From: Raja brachyura
Taxonomy: Eukaryota
NCBI GenBank assembly: GCA_963514005.1
Contig: OY740804.1
Location: 19,654,001 to 19,718,000 of the forward strand
Direction: 5' to 3'
Length of the DNA: 64,000 bases
Made by a program: the position numbers and the translations under genes. Every line of letters starts with the position of its first letter. Position 1 is the first letter of the stretch. The notes beneath the pieces were generated by a model. The model saw nothing but the letters and a program-made list of their open reading frames with translations, ran no database searches and had not been told where the DNA came from. Below, in pieces: positions 26,469 to 39,190 of this stretch.

Positions 26469-27079
26469 TAACCTTTCCCTATAGCTCAGTCTCTTGAGTC
26501 CTGACAACATTCTAGTGAATCGTCCCTGAACCCTTTCAAGCTTGACAAAATGTTTCCTAATCCACAGTGAGCAAAACAAAACACAATTCTCTAAATGTGA
26601 CCTCACCATCGTCCTATAACTGTAGCACAATCTCCCAACTTCTGTTCTCTGTGCTTATGGTTTTACGATCTACTAATGTAATTCAAGGATATGCATTACA
26701 GGAAATGTGACCAGCTGCAGCTCCTGACTGACCATGTTCACACACTGTGGATGGATTCACTATGGAGCACCAGTGATGGTGAGGACAATGTGTGCAGCAG
26801 GTTCAGTGAGCAGTCCCACCAGCGATATCTGTACAGGCAGAAATCAATGGGTGGCCACTAGGTGGAGTACTAGGCAAGCGTAGATAGTAGAGGCATCCCA
26901 TGTGGCCACTCCCTTCCTGACAGAGGTTCTGCATTGCATTCCATTGGGTTAATGGCTTCCTCATTCGTGGCCCATGGGAAAGAGAGGAAATTAGGAGATT
27001 CAAATGTAAGAAGAGCAGGCAGGTATTTCCGTGGGCACAACAAGAGTCATGGATTGTTGCACCTATGTTGTCAGTGTTT

Positions 27080-27370
27080 GGTTTAGTTTAGAGATAAAGC
27101 ATTGAAACAGGCCCAAAGGGTCCACACAGACCATGACATACTAGTTCTATGTTATCCCACTTTCTCATTCACTCTACACACAATGGGCAATTTTGCAGAG
27201 GCCAATCTATCTACAAACTCGTACATCTTTGGTATGTGAGAGGAAATTGGCGCACCCAGAGGAAAGCCACACAGTCACAGGGAGAACTTGCAAACTACAC
27301 ACAGACAGCAGCCAAGGTCGGGATCAAACCTGGGTCTCTGGCACTGTGCGGCAGCAGCTCTATACTGTGT
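27080..27370 (-). mobile_element. V-SINE (degenerate) within old CR1 ORF1-like sequence
   Basis: SINE head and V-domain on the minus strand; flanking GGTACCAATGACATG (GTND) resembles the CR1 ORF1 esterase motif. Confidence 0.55.
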
Positions 27371-27900
27371 TAGGGATGAGTCAGCACCTGCAGGAGATTC
27401 TAATAGCCGAGAGAAAACAGCCAGAGGTCATGGTCAACATTGGTTTTATTGACACGTGGAAAGATGGATGAGGTCTTCCGAGAGGAACAATTCTGAGAGC
27501 TGGGTCATAGGTGCAAGAGTAGGTTGTCATCTCTGCAATGTGATCGTGCTGGTTAGAGGTGTCTTATGGCAGCTACAGGGCATTCTAAAAGGGAAGGGTA
27601 AATAGCCGAGGTCATGGTCAGCACTGGTACCAATGACATGTACAAAGAGGGATAAGGTACTGCATCAGGAATTTTGAGAGCCACAAGATACAAGATACAT
27701 ATATTTGTTACATGTGCCAGTTGGCACGGTGAAATGTGATCACCATACAGCCATACAATAAAATAAAGAACACAACACACGATAGAGTTCAACATAAAAC
27801 ATCCACACACAGCAGAATCAAAAGTTTCCCACTGTGAGGGAAGGCACCAAAGTCAGTCATCTTCCTCTGATGTTTATGCATATGTCATAGTTTAAAGAGT

Positions 27901-28880
27901 ATTTTATTTCGGAGTCACGTGAGTGACTTCGTGAAGACCCCGCCAGCACGCATGCGCGACATATCGTCGCTCACAGTTGCTGTCGATGGCTGGAGGAGAA
28001 GTGCGCTCCACCACCAGCCCTTCATAAGGACCGCTCAGGTAAGGGGAACTAACCTTGAGTTGGTTAGTTCCTGTGGGGAAAACTTGTTTTGTTTCACAGG
28101 AACGATGGACAGGAGTAAGAGCATTTCTAGCCGCAGGACTTCCGATAGAAGTCAGCGGCTGCATACCCCGGAGCTGCCCGCTACAACGGCAGCACCCGCT
28201 CGTCGGGCTAGGAAAAGGGCGCGGAAGTCAGGAAGCCCTACACCAACGGGACCCGACTCTCCACCACAGCTGTCTTTAGAGCAGCAGAGTGGAAGGAGCA
28301 CCGCGCAGGAGCAGGGTAGACAAGATACTGACTCCTTGCCACTGTCCCCTACACATAGGGGCAGCATGGCTAAAATGCGTAGGGGTGTTACCCGCTCAAC
28401 GGCAAGTTCTCTCTCCCCAGCCATTCAGGTCACCAGAGAGCGAACCAGGGGAAGAGCCATACGCCAGTTGGTAAGCCCCGCTGAAGGAGCCGGGGTCGAC
28501 TTTCCACCGGAGCAGGCCGCCAGACTGCGGACCGGTGAGGGATCGAGACCGGGGTCTACTAGCCCCGCAGGTGCGGCCGGCATAGACTCACCACCGGGGG
28601 AGCCCGCCAGATCACGGGCCGGTGCAGTCTCATCTCGGTCACCGCACCCCCCTTTAGCAGCAGGACGTGACCGAACATCGCCTTCGTCCCTAAGGAGGAC
28701 AGGCGGCAAGCCCACGCGGACGTCGGGGTACCACGTTTCGTCGGCCGGGACCGACCTATCACCACTTATGTCCTTTCAGACCAGCGGGCCGCCTCTGTCC
28801 GGAAGACGGCGGACCAGCAGCAGGCCCGCGCGGGAGTCGCCTGAACCCCGCAGCAGCGACATCCTGTCACAGCGACTTCC
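27901..28880 (+). mobile_element. 5' end of a DIRS1-type retrotransposon (left terminus/ITR + start of gag-like ORF)
   Basis: 27901-27937 matches the ICR at 30071-30107 (1 mismatch); 27928-27956 matches the ITR at 29847-29875; S/R/P-rich ORF from ATG 28105. Confidence 0.8.
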
Positions 28881-29746
28881 TGACTTAACACAAAAGCTGT
28901 GATCGAGGACATAAAAGTCCATAACCTTCTTAAAAATTAAGAGAACTGAAATACATTTTCAGTTATTATAGATTGAAGCATTCTGAAACAAATATGAAAC
29001 TATCTTACTTGGATGACCTGAAATTAAAGCATATAATTAGTTAGTTACCCAATTGTAGCTAATTACAAAATTCAATTACTAAATCTAAACATCTATCCAT
29101 TTCTTAAGAAAATATTAACATTTTTAAATACCCTGTCCAAATAACATTCACACAATAATTCACAATATAACATGATTTTTAAATCTCATTGTCATGAATT
29201 TTATGGCCAAATGGAAGGAATTTAGTGTTTAATTCCAATAAATTAATGGCCATTTAAATCATCTTGCGAGTGGGATTTTGTGGAACGCGATCGTTTGAAA
29301 CGTTGCAGTTGCGGTGAATTTAAACCCCATATCGGCAGGAAAAATACTGCCGGTTTGTATGGGGCCTAAATCACATTTCACAACGTAAATGTGGATTAGG
29401 GTAATCCTAAGAAGCACGTTTATATGTAAAATAAACGGCTTTCCTTTAGCTGTTCCATACCTGAAATCCGTCCTGGTTATCAGCGTTGATGGCTTTAGAA
29501 GCGGCATTTTATTTTACTCCATCGCTGAAATTGTCCAGCTATTAAAAATAAAATTCACAGAACGGCAGTCGGAACAAATCTTCAGCATTAACTGGCTCCC
29601 CGAGAAAATATATCCAGGACAGGCGGAAGAAAAACGCATTTGAACCCTGCCCCCCCCCACCCCCCCTCCCCAAAGGTGCCAAAGTCGAGCGCATGGCTAG
29701 TGACAGAACTGCAGCGCCACTGAAGGTAAGTTTTGTAACATACCTA
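28880..29746 (+). mobile_element. Left-truncated copy of the TAG...CTA DNA transposon family
   Basis: Homologous to ~44630-45488 and ends TTTTGTAACATACCTA. Confidence 0.8.
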
Positions 29747-30318
29747 CTGTACTCACTCGGTGGTATCAGTAATAATAGTAAGATTAAATGAGAACTTACC
29801 AGTTTGAAGTTTGATCTTTATTTTATGAGGAGTTGCGATGAGGGATTTCATGACGACCCCGCCAGCACGCATGCGTGCCATTCTTCAAAGCAGCGGTGTG
29901 GAATCACAGAACTATCCAGAAATGACTAGCATGGTAAGATTGAAGAGACTCAATATACCAGTTGACCTTATAGTAGAGGGTTGGGAGCGGAGGGCACAAA
30001 ATCCCTCATCGCAACGCCTCATAAAATAAAGATCAAACTTCAAACTGGTAAATTCTCGTTTAATCTTACTATTTCATTTCGGAGTCACGTGAGTGACTTC
30101 GTGAAGATTTCAAAGCTCTGTGATTACATGCCCTGGATCACGTCCATGCACACACACGGCCACAATATTGATGGAAGGAGTATATTAACGTATTTCAGAC
30201 TTGACAGGCTGAAAAATAATAATGTTTATTAATCACAAAACAAAAGCTCCTCATTCGGGGATTGATGTATGTTGCTGACCAGCACTCAGCACGGTCTCTG
30301 CAAACATAGCAGGAGCGG

Positions 30319-31254
30319 TCACAGGTTTGTTGTAAAACCTCTGGAATGTAGCTTCACTGTGGCGAGGATATGGTTCATGGGCACCTCCATGGTCATCGCC
30401 GCTGATGTGGATGCAGCCCTGGTAGAATGGGATTTAAAGATATTAATATCAATACCTGCTGCATCCAGCACCACCCTGAGCCACCAGGAGATCGTCTGCA
30501 CCGTCACCCTGTGATGGGGTTTCTTATGGCTGATCAGCAGGTTCTTCTCCATTCCCCTGAGGGTATGCGTCACTTTAATGTAGTGACGGATATGGGTGGC
30601 TAAGCAGAGCCTCACATCAGTGGGGTATGCCGGAAATATCAGCTGCAGCCCTGTGAACCCAGGTCTATGCTGCTTGAGTAACTCATCAATATAGAAGGTC
30701 ACTCTCTCAGGGGTAGAGACCATTTTATCCATATTAATGTTATGTAAGGTCTGAACCCGCTGAGCTGATGTTAGCGCCATCAACATAACCAATTTCAGGG
30801 TGAGTTTGTCCAGTGGAAGTCCAATCATAGGTGACCAAGTCCTGAGTAGGGTCAGCACCACCCCAATATCCCAGGTGACATTGTAACGTGGTTGGGGAGG
30901 GTTTGAATTGAAGATACCCCTCATTAATTTGGACACAAGCTGGTGTGATCCTACCCCTATGCAGAGGTAGGAGGACAGTGCGCTCCTGGCACTGTTGATG
31001 GCGCTGTAACTGAGGCATTCATCATGGTGCAGCCCTGCGAGAAATTCCAGCACATGTGGTATCGTGGCAGAGTCATACGAGATGTTAATCCGTGTGCAGT
31101 AGGCCTCCCATTTTCTGGTTTGTGTCAGATACTGCCGTCTGGTAGACTCTCTGCACGATGCTCCGATGGTGTTCATGGTCCTTGGTGTGATTCCGTATTG
31201 TAGCAGAGGTCTCTTCAAAACCTGCAGGCCAACAGGTTCAGATGACTGTGGCAC
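30319..31254 (-). pseudogene. DIRS tyrosine recombinase (frameshifted before the catalytic Tyr)
   Basis: SAINSARSALS, LTSAQRVQTL, KSHSTRAASTS; the final TFQRFYNKP motif lies in another frame. Confidence 0.88.
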
Positions 31255-32216
31255 GGATGGTATCCCCCTGTAGTGTGGTTAGTCACCAAATCTGGGTTCT
31301 TGTTAAAAAGTGCCCATGGTTCTTTAATCATCCCAAGGACCACCGAATACCATGGTTGTGTAGGCCAGTCGGGTATTATTAAAATACCTGTTGCAGAATC
31401 TGATTTAATTTTCCGCAACACCCGACTGATGAAGCAAAATGGAGGAAATGCATAGAAAAACCATTTCCCCCAGTTCAGCGAGAAAGCGTCCATCGCTATT
31501 GCCCCAGGATCTGGTTCCCAAGATACATATGTTGGTATCTGATGGTTCAACCTGGACGCAAAAAGGTCGATATCCGGTGTACCAAATTTGGTTGTGCTTT
31601 TTGTAAATATTTGGGGATTCAACATCCAATCAATGTTATCATTGAATACTCGTGACCTGGTGTCCGCCACTGTATTGAGCTTACCTGGAAGATAGGTAGC
31701 TGATATCCAAATATTTTGTTCTATGCACCAGAGCCAAATTGAATTTGCCAATTCATCACAAGATATTGACTTGATACCACCCATATGATTTAAATATGCC
31801 ACCACAGTGGTATTGTCTATTTGGAGACGGACATGCGTATCATAGAGGCTTGTACAATAAGCTCGTAGTCCGTGAAATACTCCTAGCATCTCCAAATAAT
31901 TTATCCCTTGTGATAATAGAAGGGTAGATTTATGTGAGTCCCATCTGCCGCCACAACTGGAAGTAGCGTTGGTAGCTCCCCAACCTTGGGCGCTTGCGTC
32001 AGTTTGTAAAACCACTGACGGGTAAGGCACAATGATGGGCTTGAATGAGTTACGAATATTATCAATCCACCATTGTAACTCAAATTTTGCCTTGATTGGC
32101 AGCTGCATAGGTCTGTCAAAATGCCCAGCATTCATTTTTATTGCTGAAATCTTTGTTCTTTGTAAATTTTGATAATGTGAAGGTCCAAATTGGGCAGCTG
32201 GAAATGTAGCTACCAA
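31215..32216 (-). pseudogene. DIRS RNase H + DNA N6-adenine methyltransferase-like domain
   Basis: LQTDASAQGWG, INYLEM, IDNTTVVAYLNHMGG, NTVADTRSR (RNase H); DIDLFASRLN, YAFPPF, PDWPTQPWY (MT domain). Confidence 0.88.
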
Positions 32217-32270
32217 TTTCCCAATTACCTTAGCAGCATGTCTGATTGTCGGTGCACTGGCGCAAACAAG

Positions 32271-32783
32271 TTAATTACATGCTCCAATGATATCCATAGC
32301 TTTGTTAGCTAGGATTGAAGCAATCAATTGATCGGTGTCAATCGTGAATCCCAGATAGTCCATAACCTGTGATGGGTAGAACTTAGATTTGTCTGGATGG
32401 ATTACAAACCCCATTTTTTGAAACAATGATGTAGTAGCTGTTACTGCTAAATTTGTTGATTCCATGGTATCTCCTACTATTAAGATGTCATCTAAATAGG
32501 CCAGAACTATATGGTTCTGTCTCCTCAGTGTTGCTAACACTGGTTTCAATAATTTGATAAATAATCTAGGGGCTGTAGTAAGCCCATTAGGCAGGGCTCT
32601 ATATTGCCACAGCTGCTCCATCCAAACAAACTTCAAGAACTTCCGGTGATGTTTCCGTATGGATACTGAATAGTATGCATCTTTTAAATCGATGCATGCC
32701 ATGAAGCAAACTCTAGAAAACAGTAATTTGGCTGTTTCATACGTGTCCATTTTAAAATGGGTATATTGCACAAAGGTTTTCAA
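32271..32783 (-). pseudogene. DIRS reverse transcriptase (fragmented)
   Basis: IDLKDAYYSV..LPNGLTTAPRLF..YLDDILIVG..YLGFTIDT. Confidence 0.9.
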
Positions 32784-33272
32784 ATGGATTAAATCAATAA
32801 TGATACGACATCCACCATCTTTTTTGGTTTTAGTAAAGATGTTGGATATGAACTCAAGGTTCGTGAATCGTTTTTTCTATCACCCCTTTTTCTTGTAGCC
32901 TCAAAATTTCAACATGTCCTTCCGCTATTTCCTTATGGGAAAGTGCAAATTTACGGTCTGGTACATGTTGAGGCGGGGAAGTTGTTCATTCATGAACTCA
33001 ATTTTGTACCCCTGAATACTTTGTAAAATAAACGAGTCTGAAGTGATAGAACTCCATGCATCCCCAAAAAAACGCAATCTCCCACCAATTTGCGAGGTTA
33101 CACATGCAAACCGTGCATGAGAACCAGACCGCCTTATCTCCATGGTTAGCTGCCGACCTGGACATATTTGGTGTTTCGCGGAGGTGCTGGATTTTGGGTT
33201 TGCCGCATCTTCCACGCCGGCCGCTGAGGGCCTTGCCCTAAAAAAGGCTTCTGTTGTTGTTGTGACCTCATG

Positions 33273-34775
33273 ACTACAAGGCATGATTCCCCAAAATCTG
33301 TTTAGGTAACGGTTATTGGGGAAAAGGGACACAACACGTAGAACTCAAAGAGGACTAGATGAAATAGAAGGAGCAGGATATGCATCAGAGATATCCACAC
33401 TTAACATGACAGATCTAGCAGGACTTAGTGAAGACTTAGAGCAGCCGAGAGAGAGGATACAGAGTGGTAACAATGTGATTTAAAGATGCTGAAACACTTA
33501 GAAAGGCAGAAGAGAAAGCAGTGCAAGTATTACTTCAGTTAGTAAAAAGACGCAAGCCAAATGAAGGTACAATAAATAGAATGATAGACAGAGTGAGTAA
33601 TATTTCCAGGAAGAATATAAGAAACAGGTGTGTGTGGTGTCTATTCCAACTGGCTAATGCACCAGGTACAGAATAGCATTCTATAATTAGCCAACCACCA
33701 AATCCCCAAATGGATATCAACTCAACAATTTGCACGGTGCCGCAGTGGTAGAGCTGCTGCCTTGCAGCGCTTGCACCGCCAGAGACCTGGGTTCGATCCT
33801 GACTATGGGTGTTGTCTGTACAGAGTTTGTACGTTCTCTGCTGCTCTAGATGTCAGTTGCTCTACATCGGTGCGACCAAGCGTAGGCCTGGCAATCGCTT
33901 CGCTGAACACCTCCGCACGGTTCGCAATAACCAACCTGATCTCCCGGAGGCTCCTCCTCAACTCTCCCTCCCATTCCGAATCCGACCTTTCTGTCCTCGG
34001 CCTCCTCCATGGCCAGAGTGAGGACCACCGTAAATTGGATGAGCAGCACCTCATATTTCGTTGGGCAGTTTGCACCCCAGCGGTATGAACATTGACTTCT
34101 CTAATTTCAGGTAGTCGTTACTTTCTCCTTCCCTTCTCAGCTCTCCCTCAGCCCACTGGCTCCACCTCTGCCTCTCTCCTTCCCACCCTCACGTCAGTCT
34201 GAAGAAGTTTGACCTGAAATGTTGCCTATTTCCTTCGCTCCGTTGATGCTGCCTCACCCGCTGAGTTTCTCCAGCATTTTTGTCTACCTTCGATTTTCCA
34301 GCATCTGCAATTCCTTCTTAAACAAGGTAACTTTAAGGTCATGTTATGAGAGGCAATAAATCGATTTAGATGGGGTTTAGACTACAAGGCATGATTCTCC
34401 AATATCTGTTTAGGTAACAGTTAATGTGGAAAAGGTAGAACTCAAAGAGGACTAGAAGAAATACAAGGAGCAGGATATGCATCAGAAATATCCACAGTTA
34501 ACATGACAGATCTAGCAGGACTTAGTGAAGAATTAGAGCAGCGAAGAGAGAGGATACAGAGTGGTAGCAATGTGATTTAAAGATGCTGAAGCACTCAGAA
34601 AGGCAGAAGAGAAAGCAGTGCAAGTATTACTTCAGTTAGTTTCAAGACTCAAGCCAAATGGATATCAACTCAACAATTTGCATGGTGCCGCAGCGCCACC
34701 TTACACCCCTTGCAGCGCCAGAGAACTGGGTTCGATCCTGACTATGGGTGATGTCTGTATGGAGTTTGTATGTTC
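33273..34775 (+). repeat. Local direct duplication (33273-~33840 vs 34381-~34775)
   Basis: Both copies start ACTACAAGGCATGATT and run through GGATATCAACTCAACAATTTGCA into a SINE head. Confidence 0.85.
33840..34325 (+). mobile_element. Penelope-like element 3' fragment (GIY-YIG endonuclease + pLTR)
   Basis: CSRCQLLYIGATKRRPGNRFAEHLRTV; downstream pLTR with a degenerate CTGAAGA..GAAA motif. Confidence 0.85.
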
Positions 34776-34985
34776 TCCCTGTGACCTGCGTGGGTTTTTT
34801 TCCAAGATCTTCAATTTCCTCCCACACTCCAAAGGCGTGCAGATTTGTAGATTAATTGGCTTGTTATCAATGTAAATTGTCCCAAGTATGTGTAGGATAG
34901 TGTTCGTGTGCGAGGTCAGCGTGGTCTTGGTGGGCCGAAAGGCCTCTTTCTGTGCTGTTTTCCTGAAGTAAACTAAACTAAACTA
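34680..34985 (+). mobile_element. tRNA-derived V-SINE
   Basis: B box GGTTCGATCC, V-domain, (AAACT)n tail. Confidence 0.85.
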
Positions 34986-35949
34986 ATTGAAACAGTGGAG
35001 TCCGGACATGCACACTGATTGTTACCTACGATTGCGGCTATAGCTAGTCAAGCGAATCATATAGAAGCTGTTCTCAGTGTCCAACATCAGTTGAAGAATA
35101 AGACTTTGTTATATATCAGGTTCATAATACTGGACAATATAAACAGGGAGCTTAGTTAATGCTCCAGACCATGTTATAATAATTGATGAAGAATCGAGGG
35201 GCACGAGGTTGGATAGATGTCAACAAGGCGAGAATCTCTGGGCCTGTCCAGAAGAGATAATAAATGCGATATAGTCTAATTATGGATTTACACATTATAA
35301 CTGTAAGGTTGCAATTGATGTAAAGACTCTTGCCTCCTTTGTGAATGTTGCTACATCACTGATATAACATTATGGTGCTACCTGTGCTAAATGGCATTTA
35401 AAGAATTGCCAGAATTGCTCTCTACTAGGTCATGTCATAATCCAGAGAGTCGTGACACAGATCACCATCAGACACAATAAATTGACAGTACCATAGTTTG
35501 TATTTCCACCAACATTGTTTCCTCAGGCTTCATATTTTACCCACTTTTTTTCCTTATCTTACAGCCTCCTGTTACTTTTTCCATCTCTGGCATTTGTCCT
35601 CCCATCTGACAATCAAAACCCCCCTCACCTGTATCCACCTATCACTATGCCCACCCCACCTTTTTTCCAGTTTTCTCACCCTCATTCTGAAGTGTCCTAG
35701 TCTGAAGTGTCCCAAGCCATAACATTATCTATCCATTTCTTCCAGAGGTGCTGCCTGACCCGTTGAGTTATTCCAGCACTTTGTGTTTTATTTTGTAAAC
35801 CAGCATCTGCAGTTCCTTGTGTCTACATCAAACTGTCTTCATTGACAAGATGGCAGTGGAGAGATCAACAGGTTCAAATTCCGTGAAGTTCTGAAGATCA
35901 GTCCTGGAACCAGCACATTGATGGTTGGGCAAAGCCCAGAGGTGAAAAG

Positions 35950-36610
35950 ACAAGGTGTGAAATAAGGACTGAAGAGAGGTGTGTTATGAAGCGAGTGGAA
36001 AGAATGTAGGTAGAAAGCGAATGGCAGATGAGAAATAGGTGTGAGTCCAGGTGGGCCTCGGGCAAGAGAGTGAAGAAAAGGTGGAAAAAAATGTGTGAGT
36101 GGGTTGTTTGGTTAGTTCCCTAAAGCTGGAGAATTCAGTGTTTACACCAATAAGTTCCCAAAATGGAAAATGAGGTGCTGTTCCACCAGTTTGCGAGTGG
36201 CCTCATGCTGGCAATGGAGGAAGCCCAGAACAGAAAGATCAATATGGGAAATGGAAGAGGAGTAAGAGTGGTTAGCAAACATAGATCCAGTAGGCCATGG
36301 TGGACTGAGCCCAAGTTAGGGGAAACTCCGCTGAGTTTGATCTAACCGATGTCAATGAGGCCACATCGGGAACACCAGATGCATTAGATGATGTTAGCGT
36401 GAGTGCATGTGGAACGTCTGTCTCACCTAGAAGGACTGCTGGGGTCCCTGGTTGGGTGTCAGGGAGGAGGTGGAGGGACAGCACCAGGGTACGGGGTGGA
36501 TTGGCTGAGAAGAGACGAGTGAGCCAAGGAGATGTGGAAGGAGCAGTCTCTGTGGAAAGTGATGTGGATGGAAAGATGTGATTGTTGGTGGAAACAGTTG
36601 ATTCCACCAC
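35950..36610 (-). mobile_element. Degenerate Penelope-like fragment
   Basis: Colinear with the Penelope sequence at 12250-12900. Confidence 0.6.
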
Positions 36611-36881
36611 CATTCTTTTGATGAAAACAACTTCAGTATGAGGGAACTGAATTAACAGTGGAGATACAGTCGGTGACACAGGATGCTGGGAAAAGGGGTA
36701 TCGAAGGAGAGCGTGAGGAGCTGGGTTAATATTAGTGGAGGTATAGTCTGCACAGAGGCATAGGGCACTGGGGGAAAGGGGATACTGAACATCAGTGTGA
36801 GCGAATTGGATTAACATCAGTGGAGCCACAATCAATGACCCACAGCACTGGGGCAGAGGGCTGTTCAGGAAGTGTGTGAAG

Positions 36882-37023
36882 ATGGATTTGAAGCTACTGT
36901 ATCTTTTCTCCTAAGATGGACAAAGAATGCCGGAGTAACTCAGCTGGACAGGCAGCATCTCCGGAGAGAAGGAATGAGTGACATTTCGGGTCGAGACCCA
37001 TCGTCAGGCTCCTCTGCTGCTGG
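36882..37023 (+). pseudogene. Candidate gene B leader exon interrupted by a ~96-bp Penelope pLTR fragment
   Basis: GGAAGT ETS core then AAGATGG; MDLKLLYLFS-[insert starting TAA]-APLLL G|GTAAG (phase 1). Confidence 0.45.
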
Positions 37024-38569
37024 GTAAGATTTCTCCGTGCCTGAATTAACAAGTGCTTTGGATCTGGCCATTTTGGTCAGTATGGTCACCAACATTATCT
37101 GGTCTGTGTCATCGGGGGAAGTACAGCTGGAGAGGAAACAACTCCAGTTACTGGAGACAAGTAGCTGACAGCTAGTCCCAGAAGGGTGGTGGATATTGGA
37201 GGGAATGGAGTAGTGAGGTGTGGGGTGATTGGAGAGGTGCTGAGGGTGGCATTGGTGGGTGACTGGTGTAGGGGTGGGGGTCTGCGCTGTTCATGCTTCC
37301 TTCCCTTGGAAAGGAAAAGAAGGGAGTCTAGAATGGGTTTACAGTTTGGTTGCTGGGATGGTGGGATTATCATGCATTTGAGCCTCCAGAGGTTGTGTGG
37401 GCTCATCCCTGAGGTGAATCAGGGCAGAGATCACCTCTTTTTTGTTAATTGAGAAAATATATATTTTGTCAGGAATGTCCTGCTGAGGTAAATCATTCAT
37501 GGTCTCATTGTAGAGGGAGAGCAGGTATGAGGGGGCCAGGAGTCATGGATGGGGACTGGGGGTTGGGGTCCAGGGGTCAGGAAGCAGTTTGGGGTTGTGT
37601 TGGTTGGAAACAAAGTTTTGTTCCACCACACTGCTTTCCTTTCTGCTTATATAGACACAAGGAACTGCAGGTGTTAAATTACAAAAAAAGAGACAAATTG
37701 CAGGAGTAACAGCAGGTCAGGCAGCATCTCTGGAGGACATGGACAGGCAACATTTCGGGCCATCTATCCATATTCTCCAGAGATGCTGCCTAACCATTGA
37801 GTTACTCCAGCACTTTGTGTCTTTTCTTTTCCGCGTGTTAATTTCCAAAGTGGTTTTATGTGGTTCCTTGGTTCCTGATGGAAATGGCGTTGTAACCAAT
37901 TTTGGCCAGTGTAATATAATAAGCGTTCCGTCATTCATCAGTTCATGTTATTTAAAGACACACTGTAGCAGAACTATCGATATTCTTATTGGTGGTTGAG
38001 GTGGGTAAAAATCAGTTGTTCCTTTTGCATAAACACTTCTCGCATCGGCTGCCAAACAATCAGCATTGTGGCTTTCTGTGTGTGATCACAGCGCCTCCAG
38101 CCTGGACCTCTGTCGCACTTTGTGTCTTTACATTCTTGTTACATGAGCAGACTGCTCACAACGTGTACCCACTGGAAGAGAGCACCTCGCCGAGCCCTCT
38201 ATCTCAACAGACCATTCCCGGAGAGAGATGCACGCTGAGCAACTGCTACTCTGTACCTGGGTGATTCTCCGCATCTCAGTCCGTGAGTTCTTTTCTAAGC
38301 AAATCTTTGTGTTTCACTTTCCTCTATCTGGCGTCTTTATTAAGTTCATAACTGGTATAATCCTGGACTCCACCCACCCAAGGCAGAGAAAATATGAGTT
38401 AGATACAGTGAAGTTCCGTCTAGACTGTCCCGTCACATATACCCAGGGCATGGGTTAACTGCAGAGTAAATCTCTCTCAACACCGTCCCCTCACACACTC
38501 CCAGAGCCCAGATTAGACACAGTGAAACTCCTTCCATAGCGTCCCCACACACTCCCAGGGCACAGGTTG

Positions 38570-39190
38570 GACCTGACGGCGGGAGCGGTACCCAGTGGAG
38601 GTCTCTCTATAAGGGAGTCCTCCCCCTTTACTTCGGGGACCTGTGGTTGGGAGTGTTGCACAGAGCTGTGGCCTGTAACAGGTACTTGAGCCGGTTCACG
38701 GACTCACCAGCCGTCTGTCACTTCCACGTCTACATGGAGTGTGAGAGGTTGCAGCCCCTGTTCGACTATCTGAAGGGGCTGCTCCTCATGTTTTGGCTCC
38801 TGCGTTTTGGGCACCCGGTAAAGAGGGGGGAGGGTCAGGAGGGAGGGGGGATCTCCCTGTTGGACTGCTCCTGGGCCTGGCCAAGATGGCCATTCACGGG
38901 TCCAGGCAGCAGGTAGTCGACAACCACACCTGGGCCGGCTGCCTGCCCCTTTACCGGGCCCACGTCCGTGCCCGCGTGTTCCTGGAAAGGGAACACGTGG
39001 TGTCCACGGGGACTTTGGAGACCTTCCGTGTTCGCTGGTCGCCGCGGGAGGCCGAGTGTGTTACTGATGAGGATGACGATATTTTAAAATTGATTATTGT
39101 TGTTTTATAAACTGCCAGTTTTGATCGTGTTACCCTTTTGTATATTTGTTTTAGTTTTCTGAATAAAAGTATTTGTAATTTAAAAAAAAA
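38570..39190 (+). mobile_element. Tx1-like L1-clade 3' fragment with poly(A) tail
   Basis: VLHRAVACNRYL..HVYMECERLQPLF..LLLGLAKMAI; AATAAA and an A-tail at ~39160-39190. Confidence 0.75.

Larger units (their letters stand above)
29772..33265 (-). mobile_element. DIRS1-type tyrosine-recombinase retrotransposon (RT-RNase H-MT, YR, ICR, 3' ITR); 5' end missing here
   Basis: Domain ORFs listed separately; ICR segment 29999-30073 is the inverted complement of the terminal extension 29774-29848. Confidence 0.92.

Noticed and set aside
27919-28902. 327-aa ORF as a host gene
   Set aside because: It starts inside the DIRS terminus and runs into another transposon; best read as a truncated gag-like ORF.
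30319-32216. Prophage integrase plus Dam methylase (bacterial contamination or HGT)
   Set aside because: Both are linked to a YLDD RT, RNase H, ICR and ITRs, the standard DIRS1 layout.
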